A stretch of DNA of 64,000 nucleotides, taken from assembly GCA_951406725.2 (NCBI GenBank), contig OX597815.1:107508001-107572000 (forward strand), written 5' to 3'. Of the stretch, positions 1 to 12,380 are shown in pieces. The position numbers were made by a program, and so were the translations under genes. The stretch is from Octopus vulgaris (lineage: Eukaryota). The notes under the pieces were generated by a model that saw only the letters and a program-made list of their open reading frames with translations, did not search any database and had not been told where the DNA came from. How positions within the stretch are numbered: the stretch's first letter is position 1; every line of letters starts with the position of its first letter.

Positions 1-36
1 ATATATGCATATATATATATATATATATATATATGC

Positions 37-68
<32 letters not shown>

Positions 69-240
69 GTATATATATATATATGCATATATATATGTGT
101 GAGTGTGTATGTATATATATATATGTGTGTATATGTGTGTATATGTATGTATGTATGTATACACACACATGCATGCACGCATGCGTGCATACACACAGAC
201 ACACACAGGCAAACACATGCACATGCACACACACACACAC
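1..240. repeat. Compound (TA)n/(TG)n/(CA)n microsatellite, representative of dozens in the window
   Basis: Direct dinucleotide runs. The YI/HT/CV-repeat ORFs in the track are translations of these runs. Confidence 0.95.
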
Positions 241-1919
241 AGAGCTAGCTTGCTAGGTAAGTAAATACCCCCTTTAGCAATCCAGATACATTTCTACAAA
301 TGCAAAGTTAAACGAAAGAACCATTTTGTAAGAGGCATGATAGCATTGCAGAAACAGACTTGAGTCAGCTTGTTTGGCTATTTTTTTAACAAAGATACAA
401 ACATAAATGAAGATGATAATCTTTACTAAATAACAGAAAAAATTCACAGACTCGTTATCACACCTTTCAAGCACATAACTTCAGATGATCTCATACAATG
501 TTATATTACACATAGTGTGATATAAACTACTAACAAAATTATAAAACAAATTTAATTATTTAAGATCTAATGTTATTATTGAATTCTGGAACAAGTTAAA
601 TTCATTAACTTTAATGACAAGTATACAGGCTTATTCATCATTAATTCATTTGAAAAGTAGTTGTGAGAAATTAGTGATGCTGGATTCTTTATTGGTCTCA
701 ATGATGTATGTTCAGATATTTGATTAAATGAATTCCTACTCATGAAAGAAATGTCTAAGTAGCTGAGAGTTATGTAGACATTCTCATTGCTTTAACGTTC
801 ACTTTCCTTTGCTGTCTGAGCCTGGATGCTCTTCCTGTCTCCAACCCCCACCTGTTTCAAAGTAAAGTAATATTTTCCCATGACCAGACATGTTTTCATG
901 GAAGATTGGAAATGAAGGATGCTGCTTGCATGACAGTGACATTCACTTACAACTACTACATGAAACCAAGGCAAGAGGTAGTTATATATATGTACACACA
1001 ATCACACACATGCATGCATATGCACACACACACACACACACATACATGCATATGTATATATACAAATGTATACATACATGTGTATATATATGTATGTATG
1101 TATACACACACACACAAATATATATGCTTTTGTGTACATGCAGTTATAGCCTAAGACATATGCTTGAAGTGACAAACCATGCTCTGTTATTCAAATATAC
1201 ATTAAAAGTACCTGATTTTGAAATGTGTTGGAAAGCAAACAACAATACTATGTAAAAAACATATCTCGCTCACTTTTCTATTTTTATTTTTAAGAGATTA
1301 TCTTTGACATTTTTTAAAGACTTATCTAAATAATCTTTTCTTCAAAACATGCTTACAGTAATGCAAAAATGTCCCTGACTGTACATTAAACCATAACCCA
1401 AAATTTTCAATTAAATTTAGATTTAGTTTTTTTTTGTGTGAAATGCTCTTAACCATTCTGCACTCAAGGGTATTTTTTAAAAAAAATTAGTAGCTTTCAA
1501 TAAATATGTCTGAATTTAAGTTTGCTGAGTTTTTGCTTATAACCAAATCTGCAATCTATTATATAGACCTGTGATGGAAGACTTTCCAAACATGACTAGT
1601 CATTTTTACTTTAGATTACAATATTTAATGTAACTCTTCCATTCCAGACAGGATGGCTTGATTAGAGAGAGATTTGATGGTTACTTTTTCTTACTTTAAT
1701 GATCTCAATGAGGCAACCCTCACTGGTATCAAGATGAAGTTGATGGCATGAGTTCAGCAGGAATATTGAAACAGTGCCTTAAATCTCTAATAAAATTTTA
1801 TCTCACATTGTTCATTAGTGTTAAACACAAGTCTTAAGTTCTCCTCTTCCTCCTCCCTTCAACTCTCCACCACTCCTCACCTCTACTCCATCCCATCCTT
1901 CACTCTTCCTCCTCTTCCC

Positions 1920-2450
1920 TTGCTGGACAAAGCACATCTCTAAAGTTGTCAAGAAGGCCGAGGGTGACTTGGCATCACTCAGCAAGACTTTTGTCAGTCA
2001 CTCTCCAGGAATCTATTTAAGACTGTATTATATGGCTATGATGCAACCACACTTGGAATTTGCATCACCAGTCTGGAACCCTTGTCTTGCTGAGGACATT
2101 GACCTCCTGGAAACTGTTCAGAGATGTGCAACCAAATGTATACCCTCCATCAAGCTTCTACCAAACTCTAAGTGCTTTGCTTCTCTGGGCATAGATAAAT
2201 TGAAGCTCTGACATCTAGTAACTGACTTGGTAAACACCAACAAAATTATTAACCATTGTGCCAACAACCACATTGAGCACTATTTTGTGCTCCATGTATC
2301 TAACACATGTGGGCATGCCTACAAAGTCAGAAAACAGCACAACTCCCATGACTTTCGGAAACATTATTTAGCGCTCAGAGTTGCTGAAGCATGGAACAAA
2401 CTGCACCAGTTGTTAGTTGCCAAGACATTGCATCCTTTAAACTCTTTATC
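1920..2450 (+). mobile_element. CR1-clade LINE, 3' fragment of the RT ORF (decayed)
   Basis: Translates WTKHISKVVKKA...PHLEFASPVWNP...DIDLLETVQRCATK...GHAYKVRK...RVAEAWNKL, the typical CR1-group RT C-terminus, with an in-frame stop. Confidence 0.85.
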
Positions 2451-2620
2451 CAAAAGTAAAATTTATATAATTTAATTTCCCTGTCTGAAGATTTTCTAAC
2501 AGAAAATTCCTTACATTTGTATCTAACATGTACAATTCTGTAATTTCTATTAGCAAAGGAAACATATGTAATGGTGAATGAATAATACTAAAAAATGTTC
2601 TAACTTCCTGTTTTGCTATA

Positions 2621-2658
<38 letters not shown>

Positions 2659-3136
2659 CTAGACTACCTGTGACCTGTTGGGTCAGCTGGAAAGTTTGAA
2701 TTACCCAGCAATGGAGTTTTGTTTTGTGGGTTTTTTGTCTTTACCAGGTTATTTCATATGCTTTCAATTAATGTGACATCGAAATCATGCATAAACGGCT
2801 CCTTTCCCCAGAAAAGATTTGGCTGCTATTTCTTGCATGCCCTGCCACCATGTAACAGGTATTTCGGGTCCTTCATTGCAAATAACTGTTATGTGGTAGT
2901 AGGATGTGCTAGAAAAGGCAGCCAAATCTTTGGAGCTGAGATATATTGAATGCACTCAAAAAATGCTTTGTAATGGTATTCCCTTGGGGCAATCCTTCGC
3001 TTTGACTCCCAGAACAGTCATCTGGGTCAGCTGGCTTTGTTCGTTAATTTCTGTAAATTTTTTTTATTTATTTACTTTTGCTTTAAAGTGAAAGAGAGGA
3101 GAAAGTGAAATATGTATGAACGTGTATATGAAATGG

Positions 3137-3190
<54 letters not shown>

Positions 3191-4077
3191 GCCACTTACA
3201 CGTAAATGAGAACACACATGTTCACTCACTCTCTCTCTCTTTCTCTCTCACACACACATGCGCACGTACATACAAAAAAGATGTACGCATATGTATTAAT
3301 ATGTGTATGTATACATGACAACATACTCCTTCACTCACTCTCTCTCTTTTCTCTCTCTCTCTCACTTTCAAACACATCCATTTCATATACACATACATAC
3401 ATCTTCCATATTCTCCTCTCTTTCACTTTAAAACAAAAGTAAATAAATAAGAATTTTTCACGGAAACTAACAAACTCTGGATAATAAGCGAAAGATTGCA
3501 ATTCACTTGAAAATAATTGTAAAATAACATTAAAATATTGTCTGTTTAAAGAAAGCTAAAATATAAATACTTAGTTTACAAACAACTTACGTTTTTGAAA
3601 TCACATTCAGTTAAAAATATTTCTAAATTATTAAAATATTGTGTACATCAAAAAATCGATGTTTTTTTTTCTTAGAGAGCCCGAAGACTATGTATGCATA
3701 TATCACAGATAGTAGACGTGTGTTTGTGTCGATTGACACTCCAGGATATTCATTATATGTGTGTGTGTATGTTGATATCACAGAAGCGATGTTTTTTTTC
3801 CATCAAAAAATATCAAACAAAAATTGTATTCAATCGTTTCCCTTAATAAATAGAGTCCCAAGTATGAAAAAAATTTGTACTGCACTGCCGAAGGTAAGTT
3901 TGAAAATAAATATTAAAAAAAAAGGATAAAATATACTATTTCTGAGATATTTCAGGCATACAGAAACATCTCTAGAGTTTTAGCATTATCATGATATAAA
4001 TATGTATTTGGCTGTAAGCTAATGGCATAAACATCTATTCTCTCATCTAATTTCTTCTTTATTTATACGTATATATA

Positions 4078-4532
4078 ATAAATAAATATAAAATACATCA
4101 AGTACAGTACATCACCAATAAGTGAAAAATACATAAACACATGAGAGATAAGTACAGGACAAAATCTACCAGGCGTTACCCATTACAATGCTTCTTGGCC
4201 TAACGGCCCTTAATGTCTGCCTTTGTTGATTGTCTACTCTGTACATCCACTCTGTTCTTGTTCATTCGAAGCTCTAACCCTCCACAAATTTTATATTTAA
4301 AAAATTTCTGGATGCTGTTCTTTCATGAAGGTTTTCTATCTTGTCATTGAAAGCTCGAAATAGAGAGTAATTAATAGTTAACAACTGAGGAGAAGTTAGA
4401 CTTCTTTTAGTGTTTGTCCCATACTTGATGCATTTTATATTTATTTATTTATAATTGAACATCACGCAGCCTTGTCCACAGTAAGTTTTTACTTTTATTT
4501 ATAATTTCTGCGACTCTACTCTCTGTTCCTTT

Positions 4533-4609
<77 letters not shown>

Positions 4610-4757
4610 CTATCTATCTTCCTTCCTTCCTTCCTTCCTTCCTTTCTTTCTTTCTTTCTTTCTTTCTTCCTTCCTTCCTTCCTTCCTTCCTTCCTTCCTT
4701 CCTTCCTTCCTTCCTTTCTTTCTTTCTTTCTTCCTTTCTTTCTTCCTTTCTTCCTTC

Positions 4758-4791
<34 letters not shown>

Positions 4792-5546
4792 ATAGTCCTC
4801 TTTATTTTCTGTTCTTCCCTTCCTTCTTTGCCATCCCCTGTCTATCTTTCTTTTGCTCCATACTGTTTTTCATTCCTTCTCCCTTCTCCTCACTCCTTTT
4901 GTTTCTTTCCCTCCTCTCTCTTGTCCTGCTTCTCCTCTGCCTGTTTGCTCCCTCATGACTACAGGGCATTTCTCTCACCTGTCTTTTCTGGACAAGACGT
5001 CCATTTAGCTGGATGTCATTTTTCTCGCCTCCTGACATTTTTCTCTTCTATTTTCTCCTCTTCCATTTATTCAATATCTTTTCAGTATTTCTCCCAGGCA
5101 TTACCCATTACAATGCGTCTTGTCCTAACGACCCTTAATGTTTGTCTTTGTTGATTGTTTACTCAGTACATTCACTCTGTCATTGTTTGTTCATTCGAAG
5201 CTCTAACCCTTCACAAATTTTTCCGGATGCTGCTGTTTTATGAAGGTTTCCTATCTTGTCATTGAAAGCTCAAAATAGGGAGTAATTAACAGTCAACAAC
5301 TGAGGCGGGGTTAGACTTTTTTTGGTATTTTGTCCCATCCTTGTCTCTCGTTATGTGTTTATGTATTTTTCACTTGTTGGTGATGTCCTGTTATTATCGT
5401 ATTTCTTTTGGTATTTTGTCCTATACTTATCTCTTATGTATTTATGTATTTTTCACTTGTTGGTGATATCCTGTACTTGATGTATTTTGTATTTATTTAC
5501 TTATAATCAAATGCCACACAGCCTTGTCCACAGTAAGGTTTTAGTT

Positions 5547-5550
<4 letters not shown>
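4078..5550. mobile_element. Penelope-like terminal-repeat (pLTR) structure: two direct repeats plus an inverted 5' segment
   Basis: 4169-4505 aligns with 5094-5550. 4078-4170 is the reverse complement of ~5410-5500. Each repeat holds a degenerate hammerhead-like motif. Confidence 0.55.
4533..4792. repeat. (TCTA)n followed by (TTCC)n/(TTTC)n tetranucleotide microsatellites
   Basis: Direct reading. Confidence 0.95.
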
Positions 5551-5596
<46 letters not shown>

Positions 5597-5840
5597 ATAT
5601 GTATGTGTTTGTATGTGCATGTATACATGTGTTTGTTTATATCTGTCCTGCTCACTTGATGCTTCTGAAGCTTTGTGGAATAAGAGATCACTTACTTGTT
5701 AGTCAGATAAGAATTAGCAACAAGTAGGACATTTGGCTGTAAACACATACCAGCCTGTAAAAAGTGGATGTAAAACAAGCAAATAAATGGATAAATGAAT
5801 ATATATGTATACATGTGTGTGTTTATATATATATATATAT

Positions 5841-6640
5841 GCTAGCTGACATAGCCGGTAATACCCGGTAGTCCTTAAAACAGATTTTTGTGCATTTACA
5901 GAGAATACCAAACTGTCTTACACAGGATCTTGTTTTCAGGAACTTCCAATAAGTTATGAATACCCAAATTGTGAAGTCAGTTATGTAATAACATGAAATC
6001 AGTTACCTGATAGTAAGAATTCAAATAAAGTAGCCCTCAAAAGGCTTTAATGCATTCCCAGAGTATATAGAGGAGGAAATACTAATAAGGTACATATACT
6101 AAAATCATGAAGCATGTTACTTAATAACAGGCTAATCAGATATAAGATAATAACAATTCAAAGTAAATAACTTTGAAAAGGACTTTTGTGCATTCCCAGA
6201 GAATATTACCCTCAGTGGCATTAGTGTTGGTATATTCTTGAATAAGTCCCTAACCAAAATAAGTAGGTCTATTGTTTAGGAAAATATTATTTACTTGTTT
6301 ATGGGTTGTATTGGATAAATTGCAAAAATAGCTCCAACAGTTCAAATACCAAGCAATAAGCATGCTCAATTTGATTTATACCAAATGACTTACGAAAATG
6401 AATAGGTTATTTCCCTTGGCTGTTAAAATGAAATATATTAGATATATATATATATATAGGATCCCTTCCAAGGGCCCAATTATCAATTTTTTTCAAATAT
6501 CTAAGTATGCCATGAGGTTTCCAGATATGAGTCCTACTCATGTGTCAAGTTTCATCAAAATTGATAAAACAATGTAGGAGGAGTTAGCTAACAACTCCAC
6601 AAATGCACCCACAGACAGAATTTCCCACATATGTAGTTGA
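5841..6640 (+). mobile_element. Degenerate Helentron/HINE (DINE-1-like) non-autonomous element
   Basis: 5' CTAGCTGACATAGCCGGTAATACCCGG. Internal degenerate repeats TGCATT(T/C)(A/C)CAGAG near 5891, 6051 and 6189. 3' GTGTCAAGTTTCATCAAAAT...ACAGACAGA resembles the cleaner copy at 51687. Confidence 0.55.
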
Positions 6641-6867
6641 TATATATATATATATATATGATGGGCTCATTATAATTTCCATCACACAATTTACTCGCAA
6701 AGCACTGGTTGATGTAAGCCTATAGTTGAAGACACTTGCAAAAAATGTCTTGTCATAGAATTGACTTTGAAACTGTGATTGCAAAGTAAACTTCTTTACC
6801 AAGCAGTGAAACTTACACCTTAACAGATGTATATATGATTATGCATGCACACACGCACAAACACACA

Positions 6868-6910
<43 letters not shown>

Positions 6911-7550
6911 ACGTGATTTATTGTTAAAGACTAGATTTTTCCTTTACTACATTCCATATCTAATTCTAATGAATTAAAAATCCAAAGTTGTCTCCCTTTT
7001 TTTCAACTGGAATTTGTGAGGAATATAATGATTTTACTCATCATTAAAGTTGGTGTTTCAATTAATTTATATTTTCTTGGTATTAAGTATGTTAATGCCT
7101 ACTTCACTATTAACTTTTTCTACTGCAGGTATCTACGGGTACTGTTTTCCGGCCATTCATATGCAATTGCTTTCGTTAAACAAGCTATGTGTGGACATGT
7201 GTAGGTGTGTGTAATTTTACATTTTTGTGCAGGTGCAATACAAAGCAGCACTTATGTTTCCAGTAGCTGAAGATGCTAATGGATAACTTCTACAATGCAT
7301 TTTTATCTAGAAACATATGGAGAATTTACACCAAAATTATGCACATATAGTGATACACATGTGATCATACACGCACACACACACAACCATTTCTATCCAT
7401 GTAGACATGCATGCATTCACTTAATGACACATACACATAAATGCATACACATGCACACAGCCTCATATGCCAAAGGTTAGCATAAGAAAACACACATTTG
7501 AGACTATAGACAGTTTAGTTCACTTACTGGAAATCATTGAAGGATATATG

Positions 7551-8498
7551 CAAGGCTGGATTTAGACCTGTTGGGATCCCTGGTTTTGGGGGCTCCTATG
7601 ATTTTGTTTATTTAAAACACAATAAAGAGAGCCCCATTAAATCTATGAGTTCCAAACAATTTAAAGAAGCTTCACAATTTAAAAGGCCCTGGGTAGATTC
7701 AAAGGGACTTAATTAAAATTAATGGCTTTTAAAATCTAAATTGCCCCAGTAAATCAAAAGGGGATTCAATAATTGTAGAAGAATTCTATTGAATTAAAAA
7801 AATTTATTAACATCATCATCATCATCATCGTTTAACCTCTGTTTTCCATGCCGACACGGGTTAGATGGTTTGACTGGGGACTGGCAAGCCTGGAGGCCTC
7901 ACCAGGCTCCAATCTGATCTGGCAATGTTTCTACAGCTGGATGCCCTTCCTAACGCCAATCACTCTGAGAGTGTAGTGGCTGCTTTTTACATGCCACCGC
8001 ATGGGAGCCAGTCAGATGGCACTGGCATTGGCCATGTTTGGATGGTGCTTTTTACATGCTACCGGCACAGGAGCCAGTTGTGGTGGTGATGGTGGGGAGG
8101 GGGCTGGCACTGACCCTGTTTGAATGGTGCCTTTTATGTTCCACTGGCACAGGTAGCCAGTCAGGCGGCACTGGCAACGATCCATGTATGAATGGTGCTT
8201 ATTCCGTGCTACCAACACAAGTGCCAGTCAGGTGGCACTGGCATCGGCCACAACTACAATTTCCATTTGATTGTGATTATTTTTCATTTTAATTTTGATT
8301 TTGACTCAGTATGTCTCCTCAAGCATGGTGTGTTGCCTGATAATTCAAAGGTACATTTTAAATATATTTTTCTATTTTTAACTCCAAGTTTTTGGTTTTT
8401 CTGAGTTAAAGGGACCTCCACAAATGCTTGCCCCACCCTGCAAACTTATGAGTTCGTAAGCCATGGTCCATATTGACCCATACATAGATCTGGCTCTG
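7551..8498. mobile_element. hAT-type MITE interrupted by an RTE fragment
   Basis: Imperfect TIRs CAAGGCTGGATTTA and TAGATCTGGCTCTG. Flanking 8-bp near-duplication GATATATG (7543-7550) and GATATAAG (8499-8506). Confidence 0.6.
7811..8360 (-). mobile_element. RTE family B, 3' UTR fragment
   Basis: (CAT)n tail, CTACAGCTGGATGCCCTTCCTAA motif and ~50-bp GTGCTTTTTACATGCCAC subrepeats shared with the other copies. Confidence 0.8.
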
Positions 8499-8525
8499 GA
8501 TATAAGGTGTTTTACAAGTGTTTAA

Positions 8526-8744
8526 CCCTTTAGCATTCAAACCAGCCATATCCAGTCCAAATATTCTGCCTGTTTTATGTTCAAAGTGACAAGATCCAGC
8601 CTTTCACACATATCTTACAATGTCATTCTAAAAATTAGTAATTGCTTTGTTGAAATCTTGAATCTATGAGATGATACATGATTAACTGAAAACAAGGTGA
8701 ATAAAAAGCATTACATTTGACAGAGAAATCTGAATGCTAAATGG
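8526..8744. mobile_element. piggyBac-type MITE
   Basis: TTAA on both sides (8522-8525 and 8745-8748). TIRs CCCTTTAGCATTCA and TGAATGCTAAATGG. Second copy at 57654. Confidence 0.85.
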
Positions 8745-8829
8745 TTAAACATCAGTGTTTCATTCTTTTACTTGTGAACTGCTTTATTTTATTCCTTCAT
8801 TAAATTATAATAGTTGACACACACTAACT

Positions 8830-9060
8830 TTTGACCTACATGTCTCTCTGCATTTTCTCTCATACTATATCTGTTTGGCTTCATGCCACCTCCACCGAAC
8901 CACCCATTTAATATTTACTCCATCAGTTCCCATGCTAACCACTTTTCTTCAGTCTTTCCACATCAGAATATCTTCTCTCATGAATCAGCTCTTTGCCCAT
9001 ACTTTTTCTGTTGTCATCATCTACAGATTTTCAAATGGAACATCAACAATGTCTATTTCA
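8830..9060 (+). mobile_element. Old CR1-group LINE 3' remnant
   Basis: HPFNIYS...LQIFKWNINN resembles the HP...L..FK..IN end of CR1/L2-group ORF2. Very decayed. Confidence 0.35.
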
Positions 9061-9939
9061 GAGTCCCAGAGGACCTGTGAAGGCCATAGACATAACCTCG
9101 TTCTCCAGAACAACCCATTAAAAGAAAAAGTAAAAGCTATACTGATATCTATGTAACATATTTAGTGGTATTCAGAGTGGAGCGAGTGGTAGGAACAGTG
9201 AACAGTGTCCAGAAGTCTGGCATGTAGAAAAAGTTTACAAAGAGTTAAACAAAAGACAAACTACAAAAGACATAATTAATCTTTTCATGACAATAATTCT
9301 TATAAAATACATTGTTTAAGTGTTTCAATTAACTTTGAAAATAATCAACAATTTTTTATAGGATTTAGTAAGATAATAAAACCTTTTACATCATTAAGAT
9401 GATGCTTGGATCAAAATTTACAAAAGGTTTTTACAAAAAGCAAGAGTGATATGAACATTTTAAAGCAGTCAGTTCTGCATCAAAAAGTGGGTTGGCTTCA
9501 AATAGATGAAAAATTGTGAAGCTATCAGGGAATCAAAGAACAGCAAGTATAAACTATTTCCAGGGATTTGTGAGGAATAATTCAAGCATTTATGATCTGC
9601 TTTATGATCTGTTGTAGTATTTGCTGTTTCATCTGTATTTCCCAGCTCTGTCTCAACCAAGGAAGCCTACTATCAAAGACATTCTGTCTTTTTGTTCAAT
9701 ATATCCAGCATTAAATTTTCTAATGTATTCTTCCTTCTTTTTTCAGATTGTACTTTTTTTCAGATATGAGAGACAGTTAGTTGCTTGTTATATCTATTAG
9801 GCTTAGCAACTACATAGAGACTGCCTCACACACACAGACACACACATATGCACTCACACATGCACACACTCATACATGCACACATTTGAAAAAAGAATAG
9901 AAATAGCTTTTCTGATAATTTTTCAACATCCTCCTCCTC

Positions 9940-10485
9940 ATCATCATGGCATGGGTTGGGCAGTTTGAGGACTGGCAATCCAGGAGGCTGCACCAGGCTC
10001 CAATCTGTTCTGGCAAGGCTTCTACAGCTGGATGCCCTTCCTAATGCCAACCACTCCGAGAGTGTAGTGGGTGCTTTTTACATGCCACTGACATGGGGGC
10101 CACTCAGGCAGCACTGGCATCAGCCATAACAATGATTTCACTTGACTCAGCAGGTCTTCTCAAGCACAGTATATTGCTCAACAATTAAAGGGTACTTTTA
10201 AAGGGCAAGTTATGTCACACTAACATTGGCCATTGCTATGATCTCATTTGCCTTGTCAGGTTTTCTCAAGCACAGCATATCTCCAACAGTCTCAGTCTCT
10301 TGTCATTGCCTCTGTGAGGCCCAACATTTCAAGGTCATGCTTCACCATCTCATCCCAGTCTTCCTGGATCTACCTCTACTAGAGGTTCCTTCCACTGTTA
10401 GGGTGTGACACTTCTTTACACAGCTGTCTTCATCCATATGCAACACATGACCATATTAGCACAGTCGTCTCTCTTGCCCACCACT
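9940..10485 (-). mobile_element. RTE family B, ORF C-terminus plus 3' UTR
   Basis: Minus strand reads RRLC*YGHVLHMDEDSCVKKCHTLTVEGTSSRGRSRKT (RTE RRLRWYGHV...RGRPRKTW motif), followed by the family B UTR. This shows family B is a truncated LINE. Confidence 0.85.
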
Positions 10486-10659
10486 ACTTTAATAATTAGA
10501 TGTTTATAAGTTCACAAAAGATGACCCTGTAGAAGTTTCTTGGTTTAAAGAAAAGCAGTTTTCAAACTACCTTTAAGCGAGAAACTCCTATTAAAGTAAC
10601 CTATTGTAAACTTGAAAACATCTAATTATTAAAGTGGAAAAATTGTCAGAAAAGCCATT

Positions 10660-10700
<41 letters not shown>

Positions 10701-10772
10701 TTGTATATATGATCGCGTGTGTACTGTTGGCGATTTTCTTTATCCGTCTTCCCATCTTTGGACTTTTTCTAT

Positions 10773-10807
10773 ATTTCTGATGAAGGGCTCTGCTTGAAAC
10801 GTGAAAT
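10773..10807 (+). ncRNA. Minimal type I hammerhead ribozyme-like motif (probably inactive, G at position 17)
   Basis: ATTT-CTGATGA-A-GGGC-TCT-GCTT-GAA-ACGT-G-AAAT: stem I ATTT/AAAT, intact CUGAUGA and GAAA boxes, palindromic ACGU stem III. Lies in a ~200-bp pLTR-like island (10711-10905). Confidence 0.6.
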
Positions 10808-10920
10808 TCTCTTTCTTTTCTTTCCTTTCCTGAGTGTCCAATAACAATACTTGTTCCACATCTTGCGTTGTTGTTTTTTCATGCTTGTTCTTGTTTGGAT
10901 TGAAAATATATAGATATATA

Positions 10921-10968
<48 letters not shown>

Positions 10969-10971
<3 letters not shown>

Positions 10972-11345
10972 TCATCATCGTTTAATGTCCGCTTTCCATG
11001 CTAGCATGGGTTGGACGTATGACTGAGGGCTGGCGAACCAGATGGCTGCACCAGGCTTCAATCTTGATCTGGCAGAGTTTCTACAGCTGGATGCCCTTCC
11101 TAAAGCCAACCACTCCGAGAGTGCTTTTACGTGCCACCAGCACAGGGCTAGTCAGGCGGCACTGGCAATGACCTCGCTCGGATCTTTTACACATGTGACC
11201 GGCACAGGTGCCAGTAAGGTGATGCTGGTAATGATCCCACTCGAATGGTGGTTTTTTACGTGCCACTGGCACGGAGGCCAGATAGCAGCTCTGGCAATGA
11301 TCACGCTCGGATGGTGCTCTTAATACCCTACTAGCACAGGGCTCA
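10969..11345 (-). mobile_element. RTE family B, 3' UTR fragment
   Basis: CATCATCGTTTAATGTCCGCTTTCCATGCTAGCATGGGTTGGACG end, inserted in (TA)n. Stubs of ~55 bp also at 11478, 11888 and 39076. Confidence 0.85.
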
Positions 11346-11427
11346 AGTATATATATATATATATATACATATATATGTATATATATATATATGTATATAT
11401 ATATGTATATATATATATATGTGTGTG

Positions 11428-11478
<51 letters not shown>

Positions 11479-11726
11479 CATCATCATCGTTTAATGTCCG
11501 CTTTCCATGCTAGCATGGGTTGGACGGTTCAAAGCAAATAAAATAAAATTTGGGATTTTTTGCAGAGGGTGAAAGTGGTAATAAGAACAGGACAGTGAGA
11601 ACAAGACAGTAAAAAAAAAAAAAACGGTGAGGGCTATTAAGCCAAAACGATAGAAAAATTATTGTGAATGCTAGGAAGACGAGTTTATGAGAGGAGACAT
11701 ATATATACATAGATGTATGTATATAT

Positions 11727-11886
11727 ATGGGTGCAAGTGTGGTTGTGTGGTATGAAGCTTGCTTCCCAAATACATGGTTCTGGGTTCCGTCCCACTGCAT
11801 GGCACCTTGGGCAAGTGTCTTCTACTGTATCTTTGGGCTGACAAGAACTTTTTGAGTGGATTTAGTAGACAGAAACTAAAAGAAGT
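11727..11886 (+). mobile_element. SINE family A, 5' half
   Basis: tRNA-like head (TGTGTGGTA...GGTTCCGTCCC) and ACCTTGGGCAAGTGTCTTCTAC core. Confidence 0.8.
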
Positions 11887-11951
11887 TCATCATCATCATC
11901 ATCATTGTTTAACGTCCGCTTTCCATGCTAGCATGGGTTGGACAAGTTCGT

Positions 11952-11988
<37 letters not shown>

Positions 11989-12249
11989 GTTGCATATCTC
12001 TTTTCTCTGTTTTCAAGTATATATATATACATATATATGTAGGTATGTACATATATGTATGTATATATGCATATATTTATTTTATTATATGATCGAACAC
12101 CACGCATCCTTTTCCAAGTAAGTTTTAACTATATATATATATATATGGCTAATTCATATTACTCTGTAAGGAACATTGTGCTGGTTTCCCAGTTCCTCTG
12201 ACATAAATAGTCCTCTCTGGGTGGGACACTGGTCTGTCAGAGGGTTATT

Positions 12250-12380
12250 AATTTTGACCAGCTGAGTGAAGTAGAGCAATGTGAAATGAAGTGTTTTGCT
12301 CAAGAACACAATGCCAGGAATTGAATTCACAATCCTTTGATGTGTCCAACAACCTAACCCCTAGGCCATGTGTCTCCACT
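12250..12380 (-). mobile_element. tRNA-derived SINE head (third family)
   Basis: Minus strand: GTGGAGACACATGGCCTAGGGGTTAG...GAATTCAATTCC...TGTGTTCTTGAGCAAAACAC. Confidence 0.55.

Noticed and set aside
5-256. [12 protein letters not shown] ORFs here and throughout (e.g. 19516-19906, 26506-26980, 54688-55033, 59379-60044)
   Set aside because: They are translations of stop-free dinucleotide microsatellites, open in several frames on both strands.
5696-5754. Minus-strand exon-like segment (TTTTACAG...GTAAGT, AGMCLQPNVLLVANSYLTN)
   Set aside because: Good splice signals, but no recognisable protein and no compatible neighbouring exon; chance cannot be excluded.
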